DNA of 64,000 nt, taken from contig CP142728.1 of the NCBI GenBank assembly GCA_036630325.1, forward strand, positions 496,001-560,000, read 5' to 3'. Both the position numbers and the translations under genes were made by a program. The notes beneath the pieces were generated by a model, which was given only the letters and a program-made list of their open reading frames with translations, had not been told where the DNA came from and searched no databases. Below, piece after piece: positions 60,045 through 64,000 of the stretch; position 1 is the stretch's first letter, and every line of letters begins with the position of its first letter. The DNA comes from Vairimorpha necatrix. Lineage: Eukaryota.

Positions 60045-61799
60045 TTATGGTTTGTAGAGTACTTCTTCATTTTTAACATGACAATATCCTTTTTTCTCTA
60101 GTATTTCCAATCTCTGTATTATTTCAGATTTACTTGAAATATTTAATAAATCGATAATTTCCAATTTTTTATATTTTTTCAATCTTGACATTATTTTACT
60201 GTCCAACACTTCCGATTGATGTTTTTTATTTTTACTTGCCTCATGAGATAAGTTAATTTCTAATAATTCCCTTTCTTTAGTATTAAAATTTTTGCATTCA
60301 AAATCCTTATTTATATAAAAATTTTCATTCTCAATTATTAATAATCCGTTATCTTGTAATATTTTAATATTTAAAATTTTTTCTTGATCTTTATTTTCAT
60401 TTAAAATTTTTACAAGATCAAGATTATTAATATTTAATAAAATATCATATTGTACCAAATTTAAGACAGCTTCTTTCCCATAAATTTCTACTTCTACTGT
60501 ACTCAGAGAATCCATCCAACATATTTTTTTTCTTTCAAATTTCGCAATTTGATTTTCATATTTATTTTTTAATTTTGAAAGGTCGGAATTGAAAATTTCC
60601 ACATTTTTAAATTCTGCCCATTGAAATTTCCTCATCATCATAATTTCGCAATTATGAAAAAAAATTCTATTTTTAAAATCTTCAATACAATCTACCATTT
60701 TATAAACATAAATGTCTTTTGTGAATGTTTTATAAATACTTATGAAATATTCCTCTTCTTCAATTGTACTTAAATTGTTTATTAATCTGTAACATAATTT
60801 TGTCCTTAAAGATTTTTCATATGCTTCTTTTTCTGTAATAAAATTATATAAAATACCCGAAAATTCAAATAATTCGGTAGATTTTCCTTCTCCAGAATTC
60901 AAAACATTTACAAATTTATCAAAATTTATATTTAAATTTTTCAACCAATTAAATATCACAGATTTTACAAAATCGTCAAATTTTTTATATTCCAGATATA
61001 TTTTTAAAATATTATTAACATATTCTATATCCATCTTGTTATCATTAAATTTATTATTTAAATAAAAAATAATGTATTCTTTATATTTATCTTTTGCGTT
61101 TTCAAACAAACTTGCAATAAATTCAAGGCAATCTTTGTTTTCTAAACATTTTAAAATTTTGTTTTTATTTATTTCTTTTGCAACTTCATTAAAAATCCTG
61201 TTTTTAATATTTAAAAAATCGTCATTAATGTTTTCTAAAAATATTTTCATCTTATTTATATCGCATTCTATTATTTTATTTACAAATCTTTTTATTATTA
61301 AGTTTTTCAAATCTTCCACAAAATTTAAGTTATAAAATTCATTTACCATATAAAATTTTTCGATTTCTTTATTCGCTTCTATATTATTTTTTATTTCTTC
61401 GTTCGCTTCTAACTTTTTATTAGTTTTTTTATAATTATCCATTAAAAATTCTGTAGCTGTTTTAAAAATGAATTCATTTTTTAATGTTTCAAGTTTTTTC
61501 TTAACTAAAAATTTTAAATATTTTTCAATTTTGTGCATCTTTTTGGTATCTCTGAAGATTTTATTAAACAAATCAATCATTTTTGTAAACCAAACATGTT
61601 CGTCATAGATATTTTTTGTATCGATTTTGTTTACACGGGGGATAAGCAATTTTTTCATTTTATACTTTAAAAATCTATAAAATTTTATAGATTTCGAATG
61701 TTTTCTAGATATTTCGTAGATTTTGTAAAGTACTAAATCTACTCTATGATTGAAATATGAAGTTAGAAAGTTCTCGATTTCTTCCAAATCTGTGGACAT
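60045..61799 (-). CDS. Cullin-family protein
   Basis: EKEAYEKSLRTKLCYRLI, RKKICWMDSLSTVEV, LNLVQYDILL, and winged-helix-like LDSKIMSRLKK...LEILEKKGY. TCCC motif upstream. Confidence 0.8.
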   Translation of the reverse strand: MSTDLEEIENFLTSYFNHRVDLVLYKIYEISRKHSKSIKFYRFLKYKMKKLLIPRVNKIDTKNIYDEHVWFTKMIDLFNKIFRDTKKMHKIEKYLKFLVKKKLETLKNEFIFKTATEFLMDNYKKTNKKLEANEEIKNNIEANKEIEKFYMVNEFYNLNFVEDLKNLIIKRFVNKIIECDINKMKIFLENINDDFLNIKNRIFNEVAKEINKNKILKCLENKDCLEFIASLFENAKDKYKEYIIFYLNNKFNDNKMDIEYVNNILKIYLEYKKFDDFVKSVIFNWLKNLNINFDKFVNVLNSGEGKSTELFEFSGILYNFITEKEAYEKSLRTKLCYRLINNLSTIEEEEYFISIYKTFTKDIYVYKMVDCIEDFKNRIFFHNCEIMMMRKFQWAEFKNVEIFNSDLSKLKNKYENQIAKFERKKICWMDSLSTVEVEIYGKEAVLNLVQYDILLNINNLDLVKILNENKDQEKILNIKILQDNGLLIIENENFYINKDFECKNFNTKERELLEINLSHEASKNKKHQSEVLDSKIMSRLKKYKKLEIIDLLNISSKSEIIQRLEILEKKGYCHVKNEEVLYKP

Positions 61800-61849
61800 C
61801 TAAGGGATAAAATTTCAAAATATTCTAAAACATTGTAAAATTATATGAA

Positions 61850-62941
61850 AATGTAGCTTAGTGGTCGAAAGCTTTGTGTTGATACATAAAGAACCGAGTT
61901 AGATTCCGAAGAAATACTATATATTATTATTTCGGTTATAATTTTAATTTTATGAAAATTTTGAAATCTGTAAACGATATTTTTTCTAAAACTCATCAAA
62001 TTTGTGTGCTGTGTCGCAACAAAGAAGATTTTATGCCTGTTTTTAAACGCATTTAGGCCAGAAATAATGTTGGGTACATGACCGTTTGGAACCCGCTTTG
62101 GAAATGAACCCGCAATGAAATTTTAAAAGACCCCCCTTAAAAAATGGCAAAATTGGCAAAAACAATGTTTGTTGAAGCAGATGAGGTTTTTAGTGATGAA
62201 ATGTATTCATACATGGAATATAAAGAAAAGATTATTTTGGAAACATTTGATGCTGAATCGGCGTGCGCCTTGCTCGTTTCTGTAAGTAGTAGAAATACTG
62301 CTTTTTCCTTGAGGTAATACAAGAAAATGTATAACCTGTTTCTATTATGATCTCTAATCAATGGATAGCATATGATGCCACATTAGCTAAGCAAAGGGAT
62401 GGAGCACAGTACTAAGAATCACTCCATAAATGCTATAACCTCTAGCGATTCCGAGTCACAACACCATATAATTTAGTTGGTTTTGGCTCATTTTATAAGA
62501 GTTATTCGATCTTAACAAAAACAAAGAAGAACACTATGAGTGCCTTTTACAGTTTCACTGAGCTTTCCAAATTCTTAAAAATCACCGGAAAAATTGTCTT
62601 CTGTCATTATTTAAAATAAATCGTTAAGTCCCTTTTTTATAATTTTTTTTTATTTTTCCCTTTTTTCGAATTTTTTCAATGCGGGTTCATTTTCCAAAAG
62701 CGGGTTCCAAACGTACATGTACCTAATGTTGGCTTATTTGTTTTTTCAACGTAGGTAAAGTACTTAGAGGATCATAAAAATAATATTTCTCTACATTTTA
62801 GAGCAAATCTTTCAGGTAATTTAAAGACTAGACGAAGTAGAGCTAAATGCTTGTGTATTTGAAATTTCTGGATTATAAGCACGTGGCTAAACTTGTAAAA
62901 GACAAAAAAATTAACCATTGTCACAAAATGCAGGCTTGATG
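61850..62941 (+). mobile_element. Old SINE relative with a different tRNA-like head, split by a Merlin-type element
   Basis: Head TAGCTTAGTGGTCGAAAGC...TTGATA...GAGTTAGATTCC. Body blocks are colinear with the young SINE on both sides of the insertion. Exact 19-nt match AGACTAGACGAAGTAGAGC (62825-62843 = 44101-44119). Confidence 0.6.
62073..62723 (+). mobile_element. Non-autonomous Merlin-type element, copy 2 (651 bp)
   Basis: TIR GGTACATGACCGTTTGGAACCCGCTTT (2 mismatches). Perfect 8-bp TSD TAATGTTG (62065-62072, 62724-62731). Confidence 0.88.
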
Positions 62942-63780
62942 ACGAGTAGAAGCAACGCCGCAAATGAGATAAAGTTGGACTTATAAAGAGATCGAGGATT
63001 TTTATTAGGTCTATTATTATATACGCATCAAGTCATTTTGTTCGTATAGATATAAAGATACTTATTATTATGTATCAAGTCAAATTAATACGAAATGGGT
63101 TGCTATTTTTACCATTTAAAAGGTAAAAAATTTGACATGACAGATCTCGCGTCTCAGGCCTGTTATTTTTTGAAAGGCTTCTACTGCATTTTAAGAGGTT
63201 TTGAGTAAATTGATACGATTTTAATACATCAATACAATGTCTACCTAGTTCTCTCATGTTTTCGTAAGTTTGCTTATTTTAGCATTATAAAATAAACATA
63301 AAAACATCGAATAAGTTACAATATTGAAGTATGTGTTTAATATCTATTTGTAATATTTTTGAATTTAAAAACATTATTCTTATTTTTTAAATTAAGCCAG
63401 ACACATTGTAATCTTACAGCATAGATATTATGCCGAGGTGTTTTTTATGCTTATTCAATTATTTGATTGTCTTTTAAAATCGTACAATTTAGAATAAATC
63501 TTATTTTATTAAAAAAATTACATCTGTTAAATTATTTTACTAAGACTTATACAGCTTTTCAAGCCATTCTATTTTTTAAATTTGTTCGCCTAATAACTAC
63601 CAGAAAAGTTTCTTTATTTTATTAAAATTAATTTTAAAATATTAAGATATTTACTAAAAATAGTAAATGTTTTTTATTATTTTTTATTTATTTTACTTTA
63701 TGCTTAAATCGTTTGACTTTGTTTGTAAACAAACAAAATGCCAAAATTTTCTATTTAAGTAATTTTTCTTGCCCATAAAA

Positions 63781-64000
63781 ATGAAATTCGCTTTCTTCAT
63801 ACTGACATGTTTATGTGAAAGATCTGTTGTCTTAAATGTCGAAGACAAAAGACAATTTGATAATCTTAAAGTCAATTATGATAGTAATATTGAAAATGGT
63901 AAAGGACAAGGAATACTTGAAGATCTAAAAATTGATCTTTCTAATGAGGAAGACATGAAAAAATTCCAAACTATTATTTCAATTCCTGATGTACCAGAAG
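63781..64000 (+). CDS. Putative secreted protein, 3'-partial (not in the ORF track)
   Basis: GCCCATAAAAATG start; MKFAFFILTCLC signal-like N-terminus; frame open to the window end. Confidence 0.65.
   Translation, partial: MKFAFFILTCLCERSVVLNVEDKRQFDNLKVNYDSNIENGKGQGILEDLKIDLSNEEDMKKFQTIISIPDVPE

Overview
AT-rich, gene-sparse eukaryotic DNA, most consistent with a transposon-rich microsporidian genome: genes have no evident introns, are highly diverged, and almost every start codon follows a CCC motif. Host genes are a PCH2/TRIP13 AAA ATPase, cysteinyl-tRNA synthetase (split by a 1-nt frameshift), a cullin, probable Csm3/Tipin- and Ndc1-like proteins, a hypothetical protein, and two families of putative secreted proteins, one with a conserved furin/Kex2-type site. 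The rest is largely mobile DNA, much of it with resolvable ends. It includes two Ty3/gypsy elements with 49-bp LTRs and 5-bp TSDs, and a gag-only LTR element at the window start. An intact Helitron is fused head-to-tail with two non-autonomous Helitrons. There are also two Merlin (IS1595-like) transposons and two Merlin-type deletion derivatives, a Ginger2-like integrase transposon with a 32-bp subterminal array, several REL-type non-LTR relics, and a tRNA-headed ~800-bp SINE family with young and old copies. All calls come from reading motifs and aligning by eye; no database searches were run.
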